Part shown: positions 1 to 8,376 of the stretch, in pieces
Numbering within the stretch: the stretch's first letter is position 1
Layout: every line of letters starts with the position of its first letter
Origin: a virus
Lineage: Duplodnaviria > Caudoviricetes
DNA length: 34,794 bases
Direction: 5' to 3' (one strand)
Virus record (IMG/VR): IMGVR_UViG_3300031227_000208
Span: 1 to 34,794 of that record
Notes under the pieces: generated by a model
Seen by the model: only the letters and a program-made list of their open reading frames with translations
Databases searched by the model: none
Told to the model about the DNA's origin: nothing
Program-made: the position numbers and the translations under genes

Positions 1-161
1 AACTAACAATTTTGTTTAATATTTTTACTGTTATTAAATGACACTGCAAAAAAGACCTTGACTATTTGGTTCGATCTGTATTATGGTCTATCTAAAAAGG
101 TTATCGTTAAGTATCCCATTACATTTATTCAACATATATGACAAGATAGTTACAAAAGCTC

Positions 162-190
162 TTGACATTTCTATGTATCTGTGATACACT
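162..190 (+). promoter_or_regulatory. sigma70-type promoter for terS, probably leaderless
   Basis: TTGACA 162-167, 17-nt spacer, TG at 182-183, TACACT 185-190. ATG at 197 lies 6 nt downstream with no Shine-Dalgarno. Confidence 0.75.
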
Positions 191-196
191 CAAATC

Positions 197-892
197 ATGG
201 CAAGTACAACAGTTCAAGCAAAAGCAGATAATCAGCTTGATTCTATGCTTGTTGAGTTTCTAGAAGATACGCACTTGCCTGATAAGGCAAGACCAAACGA
301 TAGTGCGGTAGCTAGTAAGCCCGCTAGGCGGAGATCTAGACCGAAACCCAAGCCAAAAGCAAAAGGTGATGGATTGACCCTTAAGCAAAAGGTTATGGTA
401 GATGCCTACTTAGATAAGAGTAACCCTAAGACATACTCTAACAAAACACAGTCCGCCCTCGTTGCTTATAACATAGCACCAGACAACACCAACCTAGCGG
501 GTCAAGTAGGACATGATACCTTGAAAATACCAAAGGTACAGAACTACCTAGAGCGCAGATGCGAAGAGATGGGTATAGGAGTAGAGGTTCGAGTAGACAC
601 TTTACGCCAAATAGTCAAAGGTGAAGGTGTTACCAAGACCACTATCAAGCACAAGACCAAAGCTGCTGGTGACAATGAGTTCAAGGTTACCCGCATACAA
701 GAGGTCGAGACCCCCCCACGCGTACACGATAGGATCATAGCTATCAAAGAGATCAATAGCATGACTGGATACTATAAGCAACAGGAGATAGACAAGCAGA
801 TAGCGCTAAGTGAAGTACGCAGCATGTACGATAAGATCGTAGGCACCGGGAAGAACCGGGCTAGGGGGGAAAAGGAGTCCCGTGATATATAA
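197..892 (+). CDS. terS: terminase small subunit
   Basis: LTLKQKVMVDAYL...NKTQSALVAY...AGQVGHDTLKIPKVQNYL matches the TerS HTH pattern; DRIIAIKEINSMTG C-terminal motif; upstream of terL. Confidence 0.85.
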   Translation: MASTTVQAKADNQLDSMLVEFLEDTHLPDKARPNDSAVASKPARRRSRPKPKPKAKGDGLTLKQKVMVDAYLDKSNPKTYSNKTQSALVAYNIAPDNTNLAGQVGHDTLKIPKVQNYLERRCEEMGIGVEVRVDTLRQIVKGEGVTKTTIKHKTKAAGDNEFKVTRIQEVETPPRVHDRIIAIKEINSMTGYYKQQEIDKQIALSEVRSMYDKIVGTGKNRARGEKESRDI

Positions 893-953
893 TATTGTCC
901 CTCCCCTTGAAGCTCGCAACCAAATTTTGCAAGGGGCTATCTTTAATATCACG
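881..953. repeat. nested inverted repeats at the terS 3' end (possible pac region or terminator)
   Basis: CGTGATAT 881-888 / ATATCACG 946-953 enclose CCCCTTG 903-909 / CAAGGGG 930-936; G-run at 864-869. Confidence 0.45.
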
Positions 954-960
954 TTTGGAA

Positions 961-1029
961 ACATTACCAAGCGGTAACATCTTGTCGAATACAGGCTTTA
1001 TTTGTGTAAATGTTACCAAGCAGGAACAT
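961..1029. promoter_or_regulatory. two imperfect 20-bp palindromes, operator-like
   Basis: ACATTACC-AAGC-GGTAACAT (961-980) and ATGTTACC-AAGC-AGGAACAT (1010-1029). Confidence 0.5.
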
Positions 1030-1132
1030 TGTTAAAGGGTTCTCCTATGCTGATAAGTTCCGCAAGGGACGACTTAGTCGCAAAGCGTCTTGGTAGGCAT
1101 GGGAGTATATTAAATATAACGGAGGCAAAGAG

Positions 1133-1234
1133 ATGAAGGCTAAACCTAAAAAAGACGGTAGCGGTAGGGGCACTAGGGCTAATCAGGGAAGGGGTGGTTG
1201 CAAGACCACAAGGAAGACTGGCAGAGGTAAATGA
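1133..1234 (+). CDS. 33-aa Lys/Arg/Gly-rich microprotein (not in ORF track)
   Basis: GGAGG at 1121-1125; MKAKPKKDGSGRGTRANQGRGGCKTTRKTGRGK*; stop lies 1 nt before the next ATG. Confidence 0.7.
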   Translation: MKAKPKKDGSGRGTRANQGRGGCKTTRKTGRGK

Positions 1235-1235
1235 T

Positions 1236-1415
1236 ATGACAGTTAAAGAATTGCGAAAATATTTGAGATGGTTGCCGGGGAAAGATACAGTTTATCTTGA
1301 TACGGAGAAAGCTATGTATTTGGAACATATTGATGAAGTAGAGATTAGAAAGAGGAACACAAATTTAACTTCTTATGTATCGCTAAGATCTTATGGGGAG
1401 AATGGTACAGGCTAA
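1236..1415 (+). CDS. hypothetical protein (MTVKELRKYL...)
   Basis: Start re-called to ATG 1236 after GAGGT; MTVKEL..L is a common phage N-terminus; TAATG overlap with the next gene. Confidence 0.7.
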   Translation: MTVKELRKYLRWLPGKDTVYLDTEKAMYLEHIDEVEIRKRNTNLTSYVSLRSYGENGTG

Positions 1416-1786
1416 TGATTCTAGCACCGCCAAGGATGGAACGACTAGACAGGGAATTGCGAAAGGGTGAAGCTCCGATGGTAGAGGCCCGTGAAGAGGC
1501 ATACGAATGTCTTGAGGATTTCATAGACCCTGCTGAATATATACCCGATGAGTTTTGCGAGAATTGTTGCTATTGGGAAGAGTGCGGTGATGTGATGAGA
1601 CTGTGGATGTTTACTTCGGGTTATGGGAAGTGCCGGTGTGAAAAATTTTGCGATGAATACGCATGGCAAGAGCCTGGTCCTCCGGAGGATGGGTTGGTAG
1701 TGCTAGGGGCGAGTTGTCAAGCTACTGGATTTGTAACAGGTCCCAAGTTTGGGTGTAGACACCATGAGAGTAGGGAGGAAGAATGA
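1415..1786 (+). CDS. Cys-rich hypothetical protein, probably metal-binding
   Basis: CENCCYW, GKCRC, TGPKFGCRHH; coupled to both neighbours. Confidence 0.7.
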   Translation: MILAPPRMERLDRELRKGEAPMVEAREEAYECLEDFIDPAEYIPDEFCENCCYWEECGDVMRLWMFTSGYGKCRCEKFCDEYAWQEPGPPEDGLVVLGASCQATGFVTGPKFGCRHHESREEE

Positions 1787-1965
1787 TTAGAACGGGTGAG
1801 CCTGTTAATTTTTATTATAGTGGTCCATTTAGTACACGTTTTTGGGAACGAATTAACGTACTGAAAAATGACAATGATATGTACCGATTAGGTGTAATGT
1901 TGCAGAATCTTGAAGAATATGTTGCGGAACAATTATTGAAAGCGGAAGGGAAGGAGAAGGAATGA
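1783..1965 (+). CDS. hypothetical protein
   Basis: GGAGG RBS; ATGA overlaps at both ends. Confidence 0.7.
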   Translation: MIRTGEPVNFYYSGPFSTRFWERINVLKNDNDMYRLGVMLQNLEEYVAEQLLKAEGKEKE

Positions 1966-2126
1966 AACCATTATATTTGGTAGTGCATGAGGGTGAGATT
2001 TTGAAGGCGTATAAAGACAAAGAGTCAGCAAAGTTTATTGCGAAAGAATTGATTGCAGACAATCTTTGGATACCGGATGATGTAGCGATATATTCGGTTA
2101 ATTGTGGGGAGATAGAAAATGGCTGA
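1962..2126 (+). CDS. 54-aa hypothetical protein (not in ORF track)
   Basis: AAGGAG RBS, ATGA overlap; MKPLYLVVHEGEILKAYKDKESAKFIAKELIADNLWIPDDVAIYSVNCGEIENG*. Confidence 0.7.
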   Translation: MKPLYLVVHEGEILKAYKDKESAKFIAKELIADNLWIPDDVAIYSVNCGEIENG

Positions 2127-2397
2127 AAAAACATGGGCTGATAAGATTATGGATTTTATAGAAAAAGCCTCTTTGGTTAAAATCGATAGACCGCCGGAAA
2201 TGTCTGAAGAGGAAATACAATCAAGAAAGGAGAGTCTAGCAGAAAGAGAAAGAATGGGAATATTAAACCGTGAAGATACTGAAGGTATTTTCTCAAAAGC
2301 AATGCGATGGGTTAGTAAACCCTATACACGAGATATGGGAGTTGGCAGAGATGATCCAAACCAGACCGTTCCGACTAAGGCTGGATATAAATATTAG
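2119..2397 (+). CDS. hypothetical protein
   Basis: GGAG RBS; fits the operon tiling. Confidence 0.65.
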   Translation: MAEKTWADKIMDFIEKASLVKIDRPPEMSEEEIQSRKESLAERERMGILNREDTEGIFSKAMRWVSKPYTRDMGVGRDDPNQTVPTKAGYKY

Positions 2398-2406
2398 GGG
2401 GTGCTT

Positions 2407-2946
2407 ATGGCACTAGATAATGACGAAATAAACGCACTATATAAAAAGCTTGCAGAAACAAGATTAGATACTGCCGCCGGGTTAGATTGTACTGATACCA
2501 CAAATGGTAGTAAACTAGATTGGAAACGATGGGATGTTCCAATGATTTCTTGGGACGAAAATACAACGAATGGTACTGATTTGGTATATGGCAAATATTC
2601 TTATACACCATATCCATATCAAATAATTCCTTGGAACCAACCGGAAATATCTGAGGATGGTGGTTTTATTGTACCGGGAGATTTAGCTAGTCAAATTAAA
2701 AATCTTTTAAAGGATACGGAGGTATTCGAAATGTATGTTTATGACATTGTTTTAGTAGACACAAAAGAGTGCGAGGTTATTCACAGGTTTGAAAACATAG
2801 TTGCTGTAGATGAGAAAATGGCAATGCTTGAGGTTGATCTGAAAGAGGCACCCGCATTCATAAAACAGTCATTAAAAAAGGGCGAAGCTAAACTCATCTT
2901 CAAGGTAGTGGGCGGGTTTGACAAATTCAAAGAGAAGGGGAAATAA
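2407..2946 (+). CDS. hypothetical protein (possible internal start at 2731)
   Basis: ATG 2407 after AGGGGG; second GGAGGT 2718-2723 before in-frame ATG 2731. Confidence 0.65.
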   Translation: MALDNDEINALYKKLAETRLDTAAGLDCTDTTNGSKLDWKRWDVPMISWDENTTNGTDLVYGKYSYTPYPYQIIPWNQPEISEDGGFIVPGDLASQIKNLLKDTEVFEMYVYDIVLVDTKECEVIHRFENIVAVDEKMAMLEVDLKEAPAFIKQSLKKGEAKLIFKVVGGFDKFKEKGK

Positions 2947-3363
2947 ATGGCAGACGTAGACGTTTTTGAAGAACTTGATGAAAAACACGAAGAATACGAT
3001 GAGGCCACAGCCAAGGCCGCAGGGAAAGAAGCAGAAAAAACCGCTGAAGCAGACCCAAAACTTGAGAAGAATCCTTTTGGATCTGGCGAAGGCGACGTTT
3101 CCAGGGCACAGAGAGCTGCGAGACACGTAGCAGACTTCACACAAGACGATGATTTGCCGGTTCCTCATGTACCAAAAAACACAGAAATGGTACTTGTACA
3201 GGACTATGCGGGACGTTTGAAGACATGGCATTATGGTAATCTTGCTGTTGTGCAGGAAATGGCGCAGAATATGAAGGGAAGGAAGAGGCTGTTCATGGTA
3301 GTGCCTAGTAAGAGTGAACTGCAAGAGATTAATGCTTTAGGAGATCCAATAAACAGAGGATGA
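2947..3363 (+). CDS. hypothetical protein with acidic N-terminus
   Basis: Abuts the upstream stop; ATGA overlap with terL. Confidence 0.7.
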   Translation: MADVDVFEELDEKHEEYDEATAKAAGKEAEKTAEADPKLEKNPFGSGEGDVSRAQRAARHVADFTQDDDLPVPHVPKNTEMVLVQDYAGRLKTWHYGNLAVVQEMAQNMKGRKRLFMVVPSKSELQEINALGDPINRG

Positions 3364-4958
3364 AACAATATCAGAAGCCTTTCCAGATGTCCTCTTACGA
3401 ACGCAATAGATTTAACTCTATGGTAAAGGAATGTAATGGGGACAAGAAAGAGGCTTTTGATTATTGGTTAAGGTGGAAGATTAAAACTGATCTGTTCTTT
3501 TTCGGTAATGAAGTTTTGGGATGGCGCAATGCATGTAATAAATTGCGGACCAGGTGGCGGGTAGACCCAATACTACACAAATGGTTGGCTGATGCGCTGA
3601 TGTCTGAAGAAGATATTTTGATTATTATATCTAGGCTGCATTTAAAAACTACCTGGGTAAAGTTGAGAATAGCTCAGCGTGTTCTTATTAACCCAAACAT
3701 AAGGATTGGTTTGTTTTCTACAACTACGAAATTAGTGAGAAGGGAGTTGGCAGATATTAAAAGGATATTTGCTACTCCTATTGTTTTAAGATTGTTTGCA
3801 GAGCAGGTTCCTGCCCCAGGGAAAGATTATAAGGATTGGGAAAAGTCAACCCTGGATGAGTTGACTATTAAGAGAGATCATTCTCTTGGCAAGATGCCGC
3901 AGGAGTGTCAGATTACCGTGGCCGGTGCAGACACAAAGATAACAGGGTTTCACTTCGATGCTGCTTTCTTTGACGACATCATCGACAAGGATACCGTTAA
4001 GACAGTTGAACAGATGGAGAAGGCCGAAGAGTTTTGGGAGTACATGCAGCCTATTTTAGAAACAGATGCAGTAGTAACCATGACCGGCACTCCGTATCAC
4101 TATCGGGATCTGTATGCCAAGATTGTTCGGGAGAAGCAGTTTAAGAATGTTTTCTGGAGAGGGAATATTGAGAATGGTAAACCGATTTACAAATCATGGT
4201 TTACCCTTAAAGACTTTGAGCGGCTTAAAAAGAGGATGGGGCGGCAGAATTATTTTGCACAGATAGAATGTAATTGTACGCCGGAAGAGGATAAGATCTT
4301 TCCTTCTCCGCAACCCACTTTCAAAATGCCCCTCCCAGACGACGAGAAGGGTTACAGATACTATTGTTTGATAGACCCCGCGGCCACGATTAAAGATTAT
4401 AGTGATTATACGGCTTTTGCTATTATCGCAGTTAATCACATAAACCAGGTGTTTGTACCGGAGAGTTTTTCGATCAAGCGTGGCGGTGATGAGATAGCGG
4501 ATTTGCTAATAAAGAAACATCTCCAGTATGGTTTTAAGAAAGTTGGTATTGAATTAGGATTGCAGACACATTTAGAAGTTATCATAAAGATGAAAATAGT
4601 AGAATGGGAACGTTTGAATAGGGCAAAACTGAAACTGCCGATTATACCCATTCCGATCAAGAGACAGAGCAAGAGACAGAGAATTGATGGTTCCCTTGGT
4701 TCTTTGGTCCGTACCGGCAAGGTAAGGATTAATTCGGAATGTAGCAGACTAATTAGGCAGATGGATATGTTCACCGGAAAAGATGGTGACGAGGACGATG
4801 AGGTAGACGCTCTCTCTATGTGCGTTTATGTTGTCGAGAGTTTTGCCCAGCATAAGAACCTGGATAAACTGCTAAGGATACCGGGTTTGACATGGAGAGA
4901 TTTTCATGGAAAAAAGAAAGATACAGGTTGGGGCAAGAACTTCAGGGAGAGTGCGTAG
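3360..4958 (+). CDS. terL: terminase large subunit
   Basis: Walker A variant SRLHLKTT, Walker B GFHFDAAFFDD, coupling motif TGTPYH, RNase H-like nuclease IDPAA...DYTA...DDEVDAL. Confidence 0.95.
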   Translation: MKQYQKPFQMSSYERNRFNSMVKECNGDKKEAFDYWLRWKIKTDLFFFGNEVLGWRNACNKLRTRWRVDPILHKWLADALMSEEDILIIISRLHLKTTWVKLRIAQRVLINPNIRIGLFSTTTKLVRRELADIKRIFATPIVLRLFAEQVPAPGKDYKDWEKSTLDELTIKRDHSLGKMPQECQITVAGADTKITGFHFDAAFFDDIIDKDTVKTVEQMEKAEEFWEYMQPILETDAVVTMTGTPYHYRDLYAKIVREKQFKNVFWRGNIENGKPIYKSWFTLKDFERLKKRMGRQNYFAQIECNCTPEEDKIFPSPQPTFKMPLPDDEKGYRYYCLIDPAATIKDYSDYTAFAIIAVNHINQVFVPESFSIKRGGDEIADLLIKKHLQYGFKKVGIELGLQTHLEVIIKMKIVEWERLNRAKLKLPIIPIPIKRQSKRQRIDGSLGSLVRTGKVRINSECSRLIRQMDMFTGKDGDEDDEVDALSMCVYVVESFAQHKNLDKLLRIPGLTWRDFHGKKKDTGWGKNFRESA

Positions 4959-5067
4959 GCTTCGGTGCAGTTATTGTGGCGGCAGAATGTTCAGACCGAT
5001 AAAGGTGGGCGGACGTTTGTGTTGCAAACGCTGTGATGAGTATATGAAGGAAAAGAAAAATGGATAA
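4951..5067 (+). CDS. 38-aa Zn-ribbon microprotein (not in ORF track)
   Basis: GTG start; MRRLRCSYCGGRMFRPIKVGGRLCCKRCDEYMKEKKNG* with two CxxC. Confidence 0.6.
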   Translation: MRRLRCSYCGGRMFRPIKVGGRLCCKRCDEYMKEKKNG

Positions 5068-5185
5068 AAAAATGACTAAACTCTATGAAAAAGCCGGTAA
5101 AAAAAACATAGATAAATTATATGCGGATGTTCTAAGTGATGTTTATTCTGCCAACAACAACATGAAGGAGAAGAAGAGTGGCTGA
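5060..5185 (+). CDS. 41-aa microprotein (not in ORF track)
   Basis: MDKKMTKLYEKAGKKNIDKLYADVLSDVYSANNNMKEKKSG*; bounded by junction repeats. Confidence 0.55.
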   Translation: MDKKMTKLYEKAGKKNIDKLYADVLSDVYSANNNMKEKKSG

Positions 5186-5387
5186 GTGGATTAGCGTTAA
5201 AGATAGATTGCCAGAAATTATTTACGGTGATGATGGCGGGGTGAATATGGTGATGGTATATCTGAAAAATGGTTTTGATGGCAGCGGGGACATTCAAATC
5301 TGGAACACTGTCTACTTGCACAACAATAAGTGCAATTTTACCCACTGGACGCCATTACCGGAACCACCGAAGGAGAAGAAGAAATGA
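5178..5387 (+). CDS. DUF551 family protein
   Basis: EWISVKDRLPE...THWTPLPEPP signature. Confidence 0.9.
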   Translation: MAEWISVKDRLPEIIYGDDGGVNMVMVYLKNGFDGSGDIQIWNTVYLHNNKCNFTHWTPLPEPPKEKKK

Positions 5388-5596
5388 AGAGTTTTCAGGA
5401 AGCGGTTGAAGATCTTATTAACGGGTATAGTATGGAGAATGAATCAAATACGCCAGATTTCATATTGGCAACGTATTTGTTGTCGTGTCTGAAGGCATTT
5501 GATGAAGTCACTAAGAGGCGAGATGAGTGGTATGGGGTTGATTTGTACCCAGGGTGTGGTATAGGGAAGTTATTGAAGGAGAAGAAGAATGGGTGA
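5384..5596 (+). CDS. conserved phage hypothetical protein
   Basis: Start re-called to ATG 5384 (AAGGAG, ATGA overlap); ENESNTPDFILATYL..CL.AF...R.EWYG motif recalled from phage proteins. Confidence 0.75.
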   Translation: MKSFQEAVEDLINGYSMENESNTPDFILATYLLSCLKAFDEVTKRRDEWYGVDLYPGCGIGKLLKEKKNG

Positions 5597-5813
5597 AAAT
5601 AAAATTAGTGGTTATCCCACATGGAGTTTACAAGAAGACGGGAATTGGCACCACCTTTTGATTGCTGGTGATAAAATGTATGTGGATGGCAACGAAGTTG
5701 TTGGTAAGAATAAAAAGAAACAGAGAGAGAATTGGCATTATTTAGGGCTTCATGATGAAGTAATGTATGTGGACGGCAAAGAGGTGATCTATAAGGAAAA
5801 GAAGAATGGGTGA
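5589..5813 (+). CDS. microprotein with two WHxL-x6-MYVDG repeats
   Basis: NWHHLLIAGDKMYVDGNEV and NWHYLGLHDEVMYVDGKEV. Confidence 0.7.
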   Translation: MGENKISGYPTWSLQEDGNWHHLLIAGDKMYVDGNEVVGKNKKKQRENWHYLGLHDEVMYVDGKEVIYKEKKNG

Positions 5814-5967
5814 TAACGGAACGGATCATACTGAGTTTATGAAGAAAAACATAACACCAGGGTACAACTTGCAAAAGAACGGAACATGGCACCATTTAGT
5901 AATTGATGGTGAAAAAATGTATGTGGATGGCAAAGAAGTGATCTATAAGGAACAAGACAATGGTTAG
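5806..5967 (+). CDS. 53-aa paralog with one WHHL-x6-MYVDG repeat (not in ORF track)
   Basis: MGDNGTDHTEFMKKNITPGYNLQKNGTWHHLVIDGEKMYVDGKEVIYKEQDNG*. Confidence 0.7.
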   Translation: MGDNGTDHTEFMKKNITPGYNLQKNGTWHHLVIDGEKMYVDGKEVIYKEQDNG

Positions 5968-6223
5968 TCAAAGCGGTAACTTCAGTCAACTAATGGGTGC
6001 CGCTGGTGGCGATCCCGACAAACTGCGGCGACTGATGAACATATTCAAGCGTGTTCAGGAAGGTAAGAGCATGATGAGTGCTGCCCCACAGGGAGCTGCG
6101 GGGAATGTTAGGGCTATGCGTGGTACTCCCGGCATGATGACGCCACAAGGAGTAACGCCAGTACGTCCAGGTAGCCGTATGCCCTTCCAGAAGCAAAGGA
6201 ACAGGAGATTAGCAGGAGTATAA
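5960..6223 (+). CDS. Met/Gly/Pro/Arg-rich hypothetical protein
   Basis: Starts in the last junction repeat; abuts the next gene. Confidence 0.7.
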   Translation: MVSQSGNFSQLMGAAGGDPDKLRRLMNIFKRVQEGKSMMSAAPQGAAGNVRAMRGTPGMMTPQGVTPVRPGSRMPFQKQRNRRLAGV

Positions 6224-6496
6224 ATGGCACTTAGAGAATATAAATGCAAGTGCGGACATTCTTTTGATTTATTGTTTCCGGGAGAATATCCGAAAACCAT
6301 GAAGTGTGAAAAGTGTGGTGGGACAGCCGAGAATAAGTTTGGTACTTTTGGATTTGCCCTTACTTTTCGCTACGGTTGGGACCCGGGGGCAGGGCAATAC
6401 TTTGATTCAAAACGGCCAAGAGACAACTTTCTGGCCGAACACAATCTTGAGCCTGCTCCCGATGGGGCGTTTGAGACAGAATATAAGGGTAAATAA
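6224..6496 (+). CDS. FmdB-like zinc-ribbon protein
   Basis: MALREYKCKCGHSFD...KCEKCGG; coupled to portal. Confidence 0.8.
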   Translation: MALREYKCKCGHSFDLLFPGEYPKTMKCEKCGGTAENKFGTFGFALTFRYGWDPGAGQYFDSKRPRDNFLAEHNLEPAPDGAFETEYKGK

Positions 6497-8376
6497 TGGC
6501 TTTATTTAAGAAGAAACCAGAGATAGAAGAAGAATTACCAAAAGAATATTTGGCAATGAAAACCATATTCGATAAAGAGTATGATTCTGACGAGTATGTG
6601 GAACGCCGAAAGAAAATGAATGAGTGGCTTGAACTTTATGAGGCTAAGTTGTGGAAAGACGGCCTTGATGATAACGCAAGCCGGGTACAGGTCAATTACA
6701 TATTTTCCAATATTCAAGCTCTTTGCCCTCTGTTGACTGACAATAAACCAATTTGGCATATACGGGCAGAAGAACCAGTGTTCCAGAATCTTGCCAACCT
6801 TTACAACAAGGCCGGGGAATATTTGTGGGAAGCCGAGGAAATGAGCGACCTTGTATACCTTGTTGAGCTTGATGCCCTACTGTGGCCGGTGGCGTTGACC
6901 AAAACCTATTTTGATAGCGAAACCGATAAGATTGTTACTGAGCTTGCGGATCCACGCAATTTTGTTATTGCACGTGGATATGAAGATGTATGGAAAGCCC
7001 CCTGGTGTGGGGAGAAATTACGGAAGCCCATGTCTTGGGTAAAGATGAAATTCCCGGATGAATTTGAAGACGTGAAGCCCGACAATGACACCAGTTCTGA
7101 TAGCCATGAAGACAAAACAGACATGCAGCTTGAGAATGAAAATGTAACAATCTATTATATGTGGATAAGAGACAACAGTGTTGAGGATTACATCATTCAG
7201 GAAGCCAACGAGGAAGAGGGAATAAAAAAAGAAAAAGGTACTAGAAAGAAATATCCTAATGGCAGGATTGTTATTTTCACCAATACTGTTGTTTTATCTG
7301 ACGAACCATCTCCTTTTGAGCATGGCTTCCCACCCTATGTGGCATGGTATGACTATCGAGTACCGCATAGTTTTTGGGGTATGGGAGAACCTCAGCAGAT
7401 AGAATATCTGCACAAAGAATATAACAGGCAGCTTCAAACCGCTGTACAGTGGGCAAGACTGACCGAGAATCCCAATTACACGATTGACAGTGCATCCGGA
7501 TTGGACGAAGACGAAGTAAAAGATAAGTTTGCAGAGGGCGGCAATATGTGGGTTGCAAGCCACATGAACAGCAACGAACCGATCAAAATGATCGAGACCG
7601 GAAAGATGGATAGAATACATCTCGATTTGCTTGGTATTCTACCTCAGGCGATAGAAGAGGCCAGTAGGGTTACTGAACTGTCCAAGGGCCGGGCAGCCAA
7701 GAAAGAAAGGCAGTCGGCCTCTGAAGTGTCCATAATGATTGAGTCAAGTTATACCGGAGTACGGCAGAAGGTACGCAATTTAGAGTTTTCTCTCAAGAGG
7801 GTTAATTATTTACACACCTCATTGATGATACAGAATTATACAGCACCAAAATACTTTTCCATGAAGACCGGCGACGAGCAGGGCGAACGGGTTGATTTTG
7901 GTCTTGTGGGTAATAGTGCGAATGTATTCAGGCAGACCAATAAGCCCGAGCAGTTGGAGACCGATGCCGGAACGAAGGAATCTGAAGAAGATTATGGAAA
8001 GAGATTATCTGAAGATAAAATATACCAGGAAACCGAGAGGTTGATTGAAGAAGTTTTTGGTGATGTAGACCCGATACATTTTAAGTTTAGAATAGAGATA
8101 CAAACAAACAGCACTTTGCCGATGGATAAACAGAGCCTTGCCAATTTGTATCTGCGCTTGGCTGAGGTAAGAAGCACACCGCAGAGCATTATAGACGATG
8201 AGGCGGTTATGGATGCGCTACAGATACCGGACAAAGAGGCTATCCTACACAGGAAGGAACTACTCCGAAAGGAAGAAATGAAGGCAAAGATGCCACCGGC
8301 AGCCCCCACCGGGGGACCGAAGAAAGTACCTATGGGGGGACAAACACCCCCGGCTAATTTAGCAGGAGGAATGTAA
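6496..8376 (+). CDS. portal protein (P22-like)
   Basis: 626 aa between terL and scaffold; VNYIFSNIQ, DPRNF, SPFEHGFPPYV, SFWGMGEP, QSASEV motifs. Confidence 0.9.
   Translation: MALFKKKPEIEEELPKEYLAMKTIFDKEYDSDEYVERRKKMNEWLELYEAKLWKDGLDDNASRVQVNYIFSNIQALCPLLTDNKPIWHIRAEEPVFQNLANLYNKAGEYLWEAEEMSDLVYLVELDALLWPVALTKTYFDSETDKIVTELADPRNFVIARGYEDVWKAPWCGEKLRKPMSWVKMKFPDEFEDVKPDNDTSSDSHEDKTDMQLENENVTIYYMWIRDNSVEDYIIQEANEEEGIKKEKGTRKKYPNGRIVIFTNTVVLSDEPSPFEHGFPPYVAWYDYRVPHSFWGMGEPQQIEYLHKEYNRQLQTAVQWARLTENPNYTIDSASGLDEDEVKDKFAEGGNMWVASHMNSNEPIKMIETGKMDRIHLDLLGILPQAIEEASRVTELSKGRAAKKERQSASEVSIMIESSYTGVRQKVRNLEFSLKRVNYLHTSLMIQNYTAPKYFSMKTGDEQGERVDFGLVGNSANVFRQTNKPEQLETDAGTKESEEDYGKRLSEDKIYQETERLIEEVFGDVDPIHFKFRIEIQTNSTLPMDKQSLANLYLRLAEVRSTPQSIIDDEAVMDALQIPDKEAILHRKELLRKEEMKAKMPPAAPTGGPKKVPMGGQTPPANLAGGM

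Larger units (their letters stand above)
5046..5963 (+). repeat. six copies of ~18-bp junction repeat AAGGARAAGAARARTG(G)
   Basis: Copies at 5046, 5164, 5369, 5575, 5792 and 5946 (last most diverged). Each encodes the KEKK(N/S)G-like tail of one ORF plus the RBS and start of the next. Confidence 0.85.

Noticed and set aside
58-84. Second promoter TTGACT...TATTAT
   Set aside because: Spacer is only 15 nt in AT-rich sequence; unsupported.
255-870. Apparent CTAG enrichment in terS
   Set aside because: About seven sites counted by eye; too few to call without a statistical test.
5046-5963. CRISPR array or integron attC sites
   Set aside because: Repeats are short, degenerate and non-palindromic, spacing is 118-217 bp of coding sequence, and no cas or integron integrase gene is in the window.
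5960-5995. MVSQSGNFSQLM resembling the N-terminus of another capsid family
   Set aside because: Only ~12 residues and the rest is low complexity.
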